64,000 nucleotides of DNA, taken from IMG/VR virus record IMGVR_UViG_3300005529_000023, positions 112,871-176,870 of that record, one strand, 5' to 3'. How positions within the stretch are numbered: the stretch's first letter is position 1; the number at the start of each line of letters is the position of its first letter. This document shows positions 7,048-16,263 of this stretch, piece after piece. Source of the DNA: a virus. Position numbers and translations under genes: made by a program. Under the pieces are notes generated by a model. That model ran no database searches and was not told the origin of the DNA. It saw nothing but the letters and a program-made list of their open reading frames with translations.

Positions 7048-8586
7048 TTACACCTTTGCTCTAGCCCTAACTTCCTCAAACGTAGTTGCGTTGAGGATCT
7101 TACCGTTCTCGAAGATCGGAACCAACATGTCGCCAGACATCTCGTGATCAAGAGTCAGTCCATCTGTGTAGTTGATCTTCCCGTTAGCATCCTTCCAAAC
7201 AGCAACCTTACCCTTTTGGCTCTTCTTGATCCCGTCATCGGTCTTAGGATTCTTGAAGATCTGCTTCTCTTTTCCGTTGATCACGCACGCAGTAGACTTG
7301 AGTGCGAAACCAAAAGTATCTCGGGTGTTGTATTGATAGGTGTACGAACCAATCCCGAAGACTACGTTGATCGAAGCGAAACCCTTGGCTTTAAGCCTAT
7401 CCATAATCTCTTTGGCGCGATTGAGTGTGATCGCATCACCGTAGATCAGGCCAATATGGGAGTCAAGCAGGCAGTAGCCATTGGCGGTGACAGTTCCACC
7501 GAAGATATCCCAAAGAGCTTCGACGGCGCCTTTATGTTGAAGGCTTCCCCTCGGAGCATCGGGATCGCCGCAAACGATAAGGACTGGATCTCCTGAGTCA
7601 GGACGAATGACTACTTTGTCGAGACCGATCGGGCTGCCCTTGCGAGCGAGAATGTCCTTCTTGAGAGCAGGAATCACTCGTCCGATCACATCCCAAAAGT
7701 CGTATCCATCGGAAACGATCGACACTGGACCGCTAGGATGAACGACATTGATGAGAGTTCTCAAATATTCCATGTCGTCGCCATAAGCGCACTGGATGCT
7801 GTGCTCGGAAGCAGGAATGGAAGTTCCAACGAGTTCCTTTTCGATGTTAGCCTTGTAGTAGTACTCAGCTGAGGAAATCGACGGACACGTATCTGTTCCA
7901 GAGAACTGAGTCAGATGGCCCATGCCAGTGAGCATTCCAGCGTGAACACCCATCATTCCTCTCATCGAGAAATCATGGCCTTGGAACATCACAAAGCCCG
8001 TATCACCGACAGTTTCCATTGCTGCCTTATTGAGGATCTTACGATACTCACGAGCGATGGTAGCTGCGGTGTAGCAAGGCCACAGTTCGCAGGAGGCCAA
8101 AGTCTCGATGTAGTTCGTGAGCCAAAAGAATCGGGGATCGGTGTTCTGGATCGTGAGAACTGGCGTACGAAGAGGAACAACCGTTCCTTCTGGAAGTGCC
8201 TTGATGAGCAAGGGCAGATAACCCAAGTCATGAAGCTCTTCAAGATGCTTCGTTTCAGGGTTTTGATCGCCGAGAGTAAATTTCACGAAGCGAGTGTACT
8301 CCGCGAGCACTTCTTGCTTATTTCTCTTAAAGAAGTTCTTGTTGAAGTAGTCGATCAAGAACCTCTTAGTGAAAGCCTGATTACCGAAAACGGCGACTTC
8401 ACAGACATCCTTCATGCGCGTAGCGCGAGGAGTCCAAGTGGAGTACACGAGCTGCGTTCCCTTGGGATACATCGGCCTGTGTGCGAGCTTGTAGAAGTCG
8501 CACAAAGCAGCTGCCAAAGGCTCAAATTCGCCCGGCGTGTTTAGGGGAAACTCCATACCAATATCGTGACTGTAGTAGTTGCTCAT
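7048..8586 (-). CDS. nadV: Nicotinamide phosphoribosyltransferase-like protein (probable NARP1 Namat)
   Basis: DFYKLAH, HDFSMRG, GTD, ASEHS, VSDGYD, RPDSGDP, GDAIT, VFGIGS motifs; paired with a Prs homolog. Confidence 0.92.
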   Translation of the reverse strand: MSNYYSHDIGMEFPLNTPGEFEPLAAALCDFYKLAHRPMYPKGTQLVYSTWTPRATRMKDVCEVAVFGNQAFTKRFLIDYFNKNFFKRNKQEVLAEYTRFVKFTLGDQNPETKHLEELHDLGYLPLLIKALPEGTVVPLRTPVLTIQNTDPRFFWLTNYIETLASCELWPCYTAATIAREYRKILNKAAMETVGDTGFVMFQGHDFSMRGMMGVHAGMLTGMGHLTQFSGTDTCPSISSAEYYYKANIEKELVGTSIPASEHSIQCAYGDDMEYLRTLINVVHPSGPVSIVSDGYDFWDVIGRVIPALKKDILARKGSPIGLDKVVIRPDSGDPVLIVCGDPDAPRGSLQHKGAVEALWDIFGGTVTANGYCLLDSHIGLIYGDAITLNRAKEIMDRLKAKGFASINVVFGIGSYTYQYNTRDTFGFALKSTACVINGKEKQIFKNPKTDDGIKKSQKGKVAVWKDANGKINYTDGLTLDHEMSGDMLVPIFENGKILNATTFEEVRARAKV

Positions 8587-8765
8587 TTTGCACCCCCAAC
8601 TTCATCACGGGACTTTCCGCAAATTTCGCACAAGCTGCTATTCTTGAACCAGTGCAAGTGTGGGGTCTTCGCCAGCCTGGCCTTGGGTTCTCTACTGTGA
8701 TACACAGTTTCCATTTGTTTCTTGGTCATTCCTAAGGAATTGACCTTCTCTACTGTTTTTTCCAT
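8583..8765 (-). CDS. Small hypothetical protein
   Basis: 60-aa ORF with AGGAGA SD and C-terminal CEICG. Confidence 0.55.
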   Translation of the reverse strand: MEKTVEKVNSLGMTKKQMETVYHSREPKARLAKTPHLHWFKNSSLCEICGKSRDEVGGAK

Positions 8766-8782
8766 ATAATCTCCTATATGGG

Positions 8783-9562
8783 TTAAGCTTCACTCTTCTC
8801 GCCATCGCGAGTGAAGACACGTTTGATGCCTGATTCATGTAGGGTCTTCACACCGCGTGAGAAGATCCCGTGAGTGACAAAGAGATTTACCTCTTTTGCA
8901 CCTGCGGCCAACAGGTCTTTGGCCAACAACTTGAAGGTGGCGCCACCATCGCAGATATCGTCTACAATTAGGACGTTTTTGCCGGCGCAATCACCGATAA
9001 CTTTGTAACTGAGAATGTTTCCACTGAGCTGATCGCGAACTTTTTCACCGTAAATGTGCGGCCTGAAACAAGTAGAGTAAACCTTCGAGTACTTGGTCAG
9101 CGCACCCTTGTCTGGATAGCAGAAAATTGTGAATGCGCCGTTTTTGTCCATTTCTTGAGCAACTTCTTCGACCTTCTTAACAGGGTAGATGGCTTCAGCG
9201 GAACAACTCGGACGAACAGCGTCCCAATTATGGGGATCGTGAATGATCAGATGATTGACGAATGTGAATGTGTTGAAGAGTTTGAAAAAGGTCTTGAGTG
9301 CAAAACAACTATCATTCGCTATCGGCTTGTCTTGGCGAGCATACGGCAAATAAGTAATTTCGATCTCGCTTTGAACAGCAAGGGTGTCGAAGAGATGAAG
9401 AAGCTGGAACAGCTGCATCACTTCTGCTTCATTCGAATATTGCCAGAGAATTTTTGCTGGATTGGAACGAGAACCAGTGAGCGGTTCGGGAAGTTTCCAG
9501 ACCTGGGAGGTCTTATCGGGGAAAACCGTAACATTCAACGGTTGACCGTTTAGGTAAATCAT
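8783..9562 (-). CDS. prs: Ribose-phosphate pyrophosphokinase-like protein (probable NARP1 Adps)
   Basis: FPD, YLPYARQDK, PDKGA, LIVDDICDGGATF, VTHGIFS. Confidence 0.9.
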   Translation of the reverse strand: MIYLNGQPLNVTVFPDKTSQVWKLPEPLTGSRSNPAKILWQYSNEAEVMQLFQLLHLFDTLAVQSEIEITYLPYARQDKPIANDSCFALKTFFKLFNTFTFVNHLIIHDPHNWDAVRPSCSAEAIYPVKKVEEVAQEMDKNGAFTIFCYPDKGALTKYSKVYSTCFRPHIYGEKVRDQLSGNILSYKVIGDCAGKNVLIVDDICDGGATFKLLAKDLLAAGAKEVNLFVTHGIFSRGVKTLHESGIKRVFTRDGEKSEA

Positions 9563-9636
9563 TTGGGCTCCTTATCGAGTTCACTCCGAGTTCCATCAAT
9601 CTCGAACTTCGGTGGCGAACTTGCCTTACACTTAAG

Positions 9637-9665
9637 GTTATATCAGAGCCTATTTAGCGAAACAA
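9637..9665 (-). promoter_or_regulatory. Sigma70-like promoter of the NAD operon
   Basis: Minus strand TTGTTT-17 nt-TATAAC with TG extension. Confidence 0.55.
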
Positions 9666-9745
9666 GGAAAATAAGGAAATAAAAAAGGCGCCATCCCTGG
9701 CGCCCCATCTTTTGAAAAGATGTCTCTGTGTCTTCCTGACACGTA

Positions 9746-9916
9746 CTAGAGTTTTAGAACAATTTTAACAGCTTGCACAGCTGCATCGACAGCAGCCTTG
9801 ATCAGTCCATGACCAAAGTAGCCGATTGCGATGCCGCAAGCAAGATGTGACCAGCCATAAGCTTTCGCAAGCCAAGGCTGAACTTGTGCCCAAAGGGCGA
9901 GTAATTTAGCTTTCAT
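9746..9916 (-). CDS. 56-aa hydrophobic protein (not in the ORF track)
   Basis: Hand translation MKAKLLALWAQVQPWLAKAYGWSHLACGIAIGYFGHGLIKAAVDAAVQAVKIVLKL; AAGGAG SD; start overlaps the protease stop. Confidence 0.6.
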   Translation of the reverse strand: MKAKLLALWAQVQPWLAKAYGWSHLACGIAIGYFGHGLIKAAVDAAVQAVKIVLKL

Positions 9917-11378
9917 TTTTCTTCTCCTTCTTTTCGGCCATCATTATGCCGAGATTGTCGTTACCAGTTGAAAACGGTCCAGTACCAGTCATCTTGCGCA
10001 GACTTTTTTCGGCCCTGAGCGACTTGCTGAGAGCTAAAGTCCTACCGATTGCGTCAATTTCTCCCTTTGTAAGATGGGGAAGACGCTCTTGCATGAACTT
10101 GACGAACTGCTCGCGCTTTTCCCATTTCTGGTACTCTTCTTCCGCGCGAGCAAACCATTGCGACTTTTCTAGCTTTGGCTTGATCTGCTTCATCTCTTTG
10201 AGCGCTACTTTGGCATGTCGGCGTGCCATTTCTTTCGAACCATGGCCGGCGCTAGATGGCTGCCTGATGTGAGTTCCCATTACGCTAGTTCCACCCTTGG
10301 GATTGGAAGCGGGAGCCATATGTACGCCCTTGATGTTTTTGTCGAGATCTTCTTTTGCTAGAGCAGCACCTTGTGTAAGTTCTGAAGGCGCAGCTAGACC
10401 AGATCCTGCATCGAGGGCTTTGTGAAGAGTTGGCGCAAGTCTGGTTTGTTTTCTTTCAGCGGTACCAGCTGCCTGCATGTGAAGTTTCATCTTGTCTACG
10501 TGGTGAGCGCCAAGCTTAGGGTCTTTGGCTTTTCCAGCGGCAGCATGATGAAAGCCAGCAGCTTCCGTGTGGTCTTGGCTAGAAAACCCATGGTATTCAT
10601 GAATTTTTGCGTGAGTGAAAACTTTCTTGCCTGACTTCGTAGTACCCATGTGAAGACCGGGGTTGCTAGTTGGCGATGCAATCGCAGGAGTATGCGCTTT
10701 TGGAGCAGCAGGAGGAACTTGGCCAGTTGTAGTCAGAGATTTTTGTATATCTTCTTGTTTCACTAGTTCTACGTAAGAAGGTTGAGAGAACTGAAACAGC
10801 TCAATCTCAGTCGATTCAGTCTTAAACAGTTCATTTATGTCTTTTGGCTTTCTTGGAGGCATGATTTCAGCAACCGCTGTCTTGTTACAGGGAGTCACAG
10901 TAATCGTGACTTTGCGGGCGATAGAACGAGGAATATCCATTCCCTTCTTTTCGATTCTTGCGCCTTCGATAGAGAAATTATTTACGTAAGCCTGATTCTG
11001 GCCCTTTTTGTCATGATCATAACGGAACTTTCCAGCCAAATCGCGAGCTGCGTCTGTGTAGTCATCAAATAGTTCACCCATCACATATAAGTAGGGAGTT
11101 TCGATTTTGCGCCAGAATTTCAATTGATGATCGTCGTCGCAGTCTTCTTCTTTGAAGATCTTCTTAGCCTTAAGAATTTTTCCAACAACCATTGCAGGAA
11201 CTTTGATTTGCAATTCTACGGGCCTACCATCTTTATCTGGTACTTTTCCAGTTTCATGTTCAAAGTTGAATACTCCATCTTTTTCAAGACTTGAGATATC
11301 CATTCCAGCAATTGAAATACGTTCACCCGAACTGTCAATGTTTTCTGAGGCAGCGATGCCGTGAATGAAAGTACTCAT
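9906..11378 (-). CDS. Prohead (capsid maturation) protease with long C-terminal extension
   Basis: IHGIAASENIDSSGERI..GMD, FNFEH and FSIEG motifs of HK97/SPO1-type prohead proteases. Confidence 0.8.
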   Translation of the reverse strand: MSTFIHGIAASENIDSSGERISIAGMDISSLEKDGVFNFEHETGKVPDKDGRPVELQIKVPAMVVGKILKAKKIFKEEDCDDDHQLKFWRKIETPYLYVMGELFDDYTDAARDLAGKFRYDHDKKGQNQAYVNNFSIEGARIEKKGMDIPRSIARKVTITVTPCNKTAVAEIMPPRKPKDINELFKTESTEIELFQFSQPSYVELVKQEDIQKSLTTTGQVPPAAPKAHTPAIASPTSNPGLHMGTTKSGKKVFTHAKIHEYHGFSSQDHTEAAGFHHAAAGKAKDPKLGAHHVDKMKLHMQAAGTAERKQTRLAPTLHKALDAGSGLAAPSELTQGAALAKEDLDKNIKGVHMAPASNPKGGTSVMGTHIRQPSSAGHGSKEMARRHAKVALKEMKQIKPKLEKSQWFARAEEEYQKWEKREQFVKFMQERLPHLTKGEIDAIGRTLALSKSLRAEKSLRKMTGTGPFSTGNDNLGIMMAEKKEKKNES

Positions 11379-11380
11379 AT

Positions 11381-11893
11381 CTATAAGATTAACTTGTTGT
11401 TCTTTTTGCGATTCTCATCTGCGGATAAGTACTGAAGATTCCAAGGAACATGTAGTCCACAAACATCTCTGCCACGTAAAGGAACTATGTGATCTACGTG
11501 AAAACCCACTGGACAACTGTCATATATCGCGGAAATCTCTTTCTCGAAATTCCCAATAGTAGCCTTGAGTTGGATAGCACGTCTTTTGGCTTGATTTATC
11601 CTATGTTTATGTTTTCTCACTGGATTCTGAAAATATTTTCTATCCAATTCCCTAAGTCTTTCTGAGTTATTTTCTTTCCATTTCTCTCGTCTTAACGAAT
11701 ATTTATCCTTATTTGGTTTGTAATAAATATCTATAAAACAGGGCTTACAGACAGAAGTCCTTCCAAACTTTCCCTTCTTTTGCTTATTAAATTGATCAAG
11801 CTCTTTTTCTAAACCGCAATTTTTACAAATTTTCATATGTAGAAGATTCGTTCTTGTGAATACGTAGTTAAAGAATTTACAAACTTGCATCAT
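11381..11893 (-). CDS. HNH homing endonuclease
   Basis: CKNC/CKPC N-terminus, HVDHIVPL....VCGLHVPWNLQYL...N..K.N; AT-rich. Confidence 0.85.
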   Translation of the reverse strand: MMQVCKFFNYVFTRTNLLHMKICKNCGLEKELDQFNKQKKGKFGRTSVCKPCFIDIYYKPNKDKYSLRREKWKENNSERLRELDRKYFQNPVRKHKHRINQAKRRAIQLKATIGNFEKEISAIYDSCPVGFHVDHIVPLRGRDVCGLHVPWNLQYLSADENRKKNNKLIL

Positions 11894-12017
11894 AAACTAT
11901 CGTTTTTACACGATAAAGTTGATGAGCGACATTCTTTAACAGTATCGAGAAGTTAAGCCACTTAGGAAATAAGTGGAATAAATGTGTCACGACACAAAAT
12001 ACTAAGGAGAATTTACA

Positions 12018-12485
12018 ATGCCAAGTTCAAATGCAAAAGCCGTAGCACTTGCTCGCGACCTAGCTGACAAGCTAGCTAAGCGTTATGCTGGTGGTTCTGG
12101 TCTAAATACAATCCGCCAAGCTTTCGATGCTAATGGCTGGCCAATGATTTTCGTTTCCCACGGTGGAAACGAAGCTGAAGGACAAGCAGTTGTTCTCATC
12201 CGTATCAAGGGTGTAGACGCTGTTTCGAAGGACATCTTCGGCAACGCAACGACTGCCTATGCTCCTCACACGCTTGAGTTGGCATATGAGCTTACTGCGA
12301 CTTCGAACTGCCCAATTCCAACTCTCGCTGACCTAGCTCAGGCTGAGTTCGAAGCTATCAAGACTGGCGTTCGTTACCAGCTTAAGGAAATTGCTAACGC
12401 TACTCAGGTTACTGAAGCGGCTATCAACGCAAAGTCTGCAGACGCGGATATCGACGAACTATACTGGCCAACGAAGTCTGTGTAA
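12018..12485 (+). CDS. Putative virion structural protein
   Basis: 155 aa, strong AAGGAG SD, first gene of the capsid operon. Confidence 0.6.
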   Translation: MPSSNAKAVALARDLADKLAKRYAGGSGLNTIRQAFDANGWPMIFVSHGGNEAEGQAVVLIRIKGVDAVSKDIFGNATTAYAPHTLELAYELTATSNCPIPTLADLAQAEFEAIKTGVRYQLKEIANATQVTEAAINAKSADADIDELYWPTKSV

Positions 12486-12509
12486 TTGGTTACGTAGGGA
12501 GAAACCACT

Positions 12510-13601
12510 ATGTATACCGAAACACAGCTTTCAAAGCTAATCGAGGACGTGGAAAAAGAATTCACGGCTCATTTGGCGAAGGCGGAGGAAGGCTTCAAAG
12601 TCTCTCTCGCTAAGTCAGAAGAAGCCAATGCTAATTCCGAACCTCTAGCTAAGGCTGAAGAAGGCGAAAAAAAGCCTCCTACAGAAAAAAAGCCTGAAGC
12701 TAAAGAAGGAAAGGAAGAAGGCAAGGAAGCCCCAAGTCACGATGGTAAGGAAGCTGCGCCAGCACCAGCTGAAGGCGAAAAGCCAGCAGAAGGCGCTCCA
12801 GCACCAGAAGCTAAGGAAGGCGCTCCAGCACCAGCAGAAGGTGCTCCAGCTCCTGCACAAGGCGGAGACCAATGTGACTACGACGCGGAAGACTTGGAAC
12901 ACATGAGCAAAATGTACATGTCCATGTCTAAAGGTGAACTACTAGCTCACCACGACGCTGTCAGGAAGGCTTTAGATACAAAAGGAATGGGTGAACCCAT
13001 GATGAAGTCTGAACTAAATGCTCATCCTGATAATGCGCCAAAGCCAAAGGACAACGGTAAGTCGTTGGACAGCGATCCTGCCAACGGCGGAATTGTTGAA
13101 CAGGCTCCTGACAATACGCCAGGTGCTAAGTCCGAAGCTAGCGGCCCAGCAGGTAAGAAGCCAAAGAAGGCTCCTGACTCTAAACGCAATGGTGGAGAAG
13201 AAGAGGGTCAAGAACCCCACGGCTCCCCAGGCGCTAAGTCGGAAGCTAGCAAGGCGGAAGGAAATCAAATGGAAAAGTCAGAAGTAGAACTAGTGAAGGC
13301 AGAACTCGATGCTGAGAAGGCCAAGAATGTAAGTCTTCAGAAGAACTTCGACGCAGTCCAGGTTTTTCTAACCAAGCTAGTTGAGAAGAAAGTTGCTCCA
13401 GCAGGTAAGGCTATTACCTCATTGGACGCTATCACTAAGAGTGAAGGTATCGAAGAAAAGACCCTTACTAAGAGTGAGATCGATCAAATTCTTTTTAAGA
13501 AGTCCTCGGACCCTCTTCTAAAGAGTGAAGATAGACAAGCAATCAACGCCTATTACCTAAATGGGGCAGGCATTAACAGTATCAGCCATTTGCTCAAATA
13601 A
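12510..13601 (+). CDS. Capsid scaffold protein (probable)
   Basis: Directly upstream of the major capsid gene; E/K/P/A-rich low complexity, PAPAEG repeats, coiled coil, repeated xxK[AS]E motifs. Confidence 0.7.
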   Translation: MYTETQLSKLIEDVEKEFTAHLAKAEEGFKVSLAKSEEANANSEPLAKAEEGEKKPPTEKKPEAKEGKEEGKEAPSHDGKEAAPAPAEGEKPAEGAPAPEAKEGAPAPAEGAPAPAQGGDQCDYDAEDLEHMSKMYMSMSKGELLAHHDAVRKALDTKGMGEPMMKSELNAHPDNAPKPKDNGKSLDSDPANGGIVEQAPDNTPGAKSEASGPAGKKPKKAPDSKRNGGEEEGQEPHGSPGAKSEASKAEGNQMEKSEVELVKAELDAEKAKNVSLQKNFDAVQVFLTKLVEKKVAPAGKAITSLDAITKSEGIEEKTLTKSEIDQILFKKSSDPLLKSEDRQAINAYYLNGAGINSISHLLK

Positions 13602-13629
13602 GCAGTGGAATTAACTAAGGAGAAGAAAA

Positions 13630-15027
13630 ATGATTGAACAACTTCAGTCACTAATGAAAGCTCTCGAAGCAGGTAGTTATAACGCTGCTCCAGGGCAACT
13701 TGCACAGGGCGCTGCCTTGATGGTTGAGGATCTCTCGGCCGTCATGCAGAACGTCACATTTGATGACTCTCACATTAAGCTTCAGAAGATTCTTCCAAGC
13801 AAAGATGTGAAGTCTCAGCTACACCAATTCAACCGTCAGCTAGACTACGGTATCTTCGGTGGTTCCGCTCAGTTTGAAGGCGGAATCGGCGAAGAAGACA
13901 CGAGCAACTACGTTCGTGCAGTAGTGCCTATGGCATACTACAGCACGACTCGTCGTGTCACCGTTGCTGCTAACATGATCGGTGCATTCGACGGCGTTAA
14001 AGCCGAAGATCGCGCCGCTGCAGATGCAGCAATGAAGCTCGCGGGCGACATCGAATTTGACTGCTTCCGTGGTCAGAGCGATTTCTCGAACGCAGGTGTT
14101 TTCGATGGTAACCCTCTTGCCGTCGCAAAGCTTCCTAACATGATCGGTGTGGACCAACAGGTTCGTCAGTCCGATGCTCAACAGAACACTCAAGACCTGA
14201 TGTTCGCTGAGTTCGGTTCTGATCAGACTGTTGTTCTCTCGGCAGGTGGAACTCTAACCCAGTCCATCATCGAGGACTCGTCTGTCCGTTCTGCAATGAA
14301 CATGGGCGCTGCTGACCGTCTAATCCTAGATCCAATCAGCCTCTCGGCCTATAACAAGATCGCGCACGCTAAGGAACGCATCATGCTCGCTGGCTCAGCC
14401 CAGGAAGCAACCGGCGCTCACCTTCGCACTCAGTGGACTTCCAGCGCAGTTGTATCCCTAGAAGCTTCGCGCTTCCTATCGGGTAAGACTCGCCCAGCTC
14501 GTCCACGTACCGGATCTCCATCGGCTCCTACTGTCAGCCCAGCTGACGGTGGCGCAGCTGGATCGCTACTCCAGACAGGAACGTACACGTACTTCGTTAC
14601 TTCCTGCTCGATGCGTGGCGAGTCGCTACCTTCGGCTTCTGCTTCGCAGGCAGTTACCGCAGGCGACAAGGTTGTTCTAACGATCACTGGTGCAGGCGCA
14701 TACTTCAACGTCTATCGTTCGGACGTTGGTGGATCGGCCGCTTCGGCTAAGTTCATCGGCAAGGTCGCAGTCAATGCGGCTGGCACTGGTGCAACCTTCA
14801 CCGACCTCGGCAATCGCCAGCCTGGTTCTGTCACTGGATTCCTAATCCAGGGCAACACTCTCGGCCTAGCTCAGCTTGCTCCTTACAGCAAGTTGAAGCT
14901 TGCGATCAGCGACCTCAGCTTGCCAGAAGCGCACTTCCGCTTCCTTTCGTTGGCTGCTTACCAGCCACGTAAGAACGTTCTCGTTGAGAACATCACTGGC
15001 CAGCTAAGCGCTAACTCTCAGAGCTAA
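13630..15027 (+). CDS. Major capsid protein
   Basis: 465 aa; N-terminal GAALMVEDL...TF resembling SPO1/Twort-type capsids; strong SD; followed by a terminator. Confidence 0.85.
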   Translation: MIEQLQSLMKALEAGSYNAAPGQLAQGAALMVEDLSAVMQNVTFDDSHIKLQKILPSKDVKSQLHQFNRQLDYGIFGGSAQFEGGIGEEDTSNYVRAVVPMAYYSTTRRVTVAANMIGAFDGVKAEDRAAADAAMKLAGDIEFDCFRGQSDFSNAGVFDGNPLAVAKLPNMIGVDQQVRQSDAQQNTQDLMFAEFGSDQTVVLSAGGTLTQSIIEDSSVRSAMNMGAADRLILDPISLSAYNKIAHAKERIMLAGSAQEATGAHLRTQWTSSAVVSLEASRFLSGKTRPARPRTGSPSAPTVSPADGGAAGSLLQTGTYTYFVTSCSMRGESLPSASASQAVTAGDKVVLTITGAGAYFNVYRSDVGGSAASAKFIGKVAVNAAGTGATFTDLGNRQPGSVTGFLIQGNTLGLAQLAPYSKLKLAISDLSLPEAHFRFLSLAAYQPRKNVLVENITGQLSANSQS

Positions 15028-15050
15028 TCTGATAGTGACTTAAAATATTG

Positions 15051-15084
15051 AAGGCTCGGTACCGATGGTACCGGGCCTTTTTTA
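15051..15084 (+). terminator. Rho-independent terminator
   Basis: AAGGCTCGGTACC-GAT-GGTACCGGGCCTT followed by a T tract. Confidence 0.85.
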
Positions 15085-15103
15085 TTTGTGATATATCCTT
15101 GTT

Positions 15104-15784
15104 ATGTATATCCAAGGACTATCGATTGATTGCATCTCTGACACGCATCGTCAACATGGCTGTCTCAGGCTCATGGGCGGAGACATTCTTATTTGTGCTG
15201 GCGACGTATCTTCTCGTGGATCATTGCCCGAGATCAAACAGTTCCTGGATTGGTTTGCCGACCAAGACTACAGTTACTTGATTCTCATTCCTGGAAACCA
15301 CGACTTTGGCTTCGAGAAGTCTTGGGATTACCTCAAACAGTATTGTGAAGATAAGGGCATTATTGTACTTAACGACTCTGGATGCGAAGTCGAAGGTATT
15401 AAAATATGGGGTAGCCCCATTCAACCTTGGTTCCATGACTGGGCTTTCAATCGTTGGCGTGGAGCGCCGATCAAGAAACATTGGGATCTCATACCAGAAG
15501 ATACTGAAATTCTAATCACTCATGGACCTCCATACGGGATTCTCGATAGAACTCGTCACGGCGATATCGTGGGATGCAAAGATCTTCTTGAAAAAATCAA
15601 GAAAACCAAAATCAAACTGCACGTTTTTGGTCACATTCACGAAGGCGCTGGCTATCAGTACAAAGACGGTATTACGTATGTAAATGCGTCTGTTCTTGAT
15701 GAGTACTATGGAGACCATGGTAAGGGAATAATTCGTGTTATTAAGGACTTAGCCGGTGAGTACTTGGTTGAGAAGGAATCTTAA
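15104..15784 (+). CDS. Metallophosphoesterase (calcineurin-like)
   Basis: ISDTH, AGD, GNHD, ITHGPP, GHIHE. Confidence 0.92.
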   Translation: MYIQGLSIDCISDTHRQHGCLRLMGGDILICAGDVSSRGSLPEIKQFLDWFADQDYSYLILIPGNHDFGFEKSWDYLKQYCEDKGIIVLNDSGCEVEGIKIWGSPIQPWFHDWAFNRWRGAPIKKHWDLIPEDTEILITHGPPYGILDRTRHGDIVGCKDLLEKIKKTKIKLHVFGHIHEGAGYQYKDGITYVNASVLDEYYGDHGKGIIRVIKDLAGEYLVEKES

Positions 15785-15822
15785 GGGTGATTCCCTACAC
15801 ATGCTGTGTAGGTTAAACCTTA

Positions 15823-16185
15823 ATGGAGTTTAAAATGGCATCTCAAGCAATGAAACAATCTTGGCTTCGTCGTCTGATTATCGCTCTCGCGGGCACTGAC
15901 GCAGGCAACGGCGTCGCTAGCATGATCGAAAACGGAAACGCAATTTCTGCGGCTTCTGCTTTTGCAGTTCCTGCTGCAATCGTAGCTGCTCACACAAGCA
16001 CTACAACTGACTTCGCAGCTCTCGCAGTAGGCGATCTCGTCGCGCACATCCCAGCAACCGCTGGCAACTCGCAGCTTCTTACAGTAGTTACCGCTGGAAC
16101 GCTTCCAATTGCAGCAGTAGTTGGCGATCTGTATCTGGTGATTCGCGCATACGCTGCACCAGCCGCTCACGCATTTAAGCTATAA
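15823..16185 (+). CDS. Ala-rich putative virion (decoration-like) protein
   Basis: 120 aa, upstream AATCTT motif, followed by a terminator. Confidence 0.55.
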   Translation: MEFKMASQAMKQSWLRRLIIALAGTDAGNGVASMIENGNAISAASAFAVPAAIVAAHTSTTTDFAALAVGDLVAHIPATAGNSQLLTVVTAGTLPIAAVVGDLYLVIRAYAAPAAHAFKL

Positions 16186-16227
16186 GCTTTATCACTCATA
16201 ACTATTCGTGGTTATGATCCTGCGCAG

Positions 16228-16263
16228 CCCCGCCAGATCCCTTTCTCTGGCGGGGTTTTATTT
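16228..16263 (+). terminator. Rho-independent terminator, possibly bidirectional
   Basis: CCCCGCCAGA...TCTGGCGGGG-TTTTATTT. Confidence 0.8.

Noticed and set aside
7915-8544. Long plus-strand ORFs antisense to real genes (e.g. 7024..7596, 7915..8544, 50240..50806, 51329..51994, 52172..53380)
   Set aside because: Antisense shadows of Nampt, rIIB and rIIA with no recognisable motifs.
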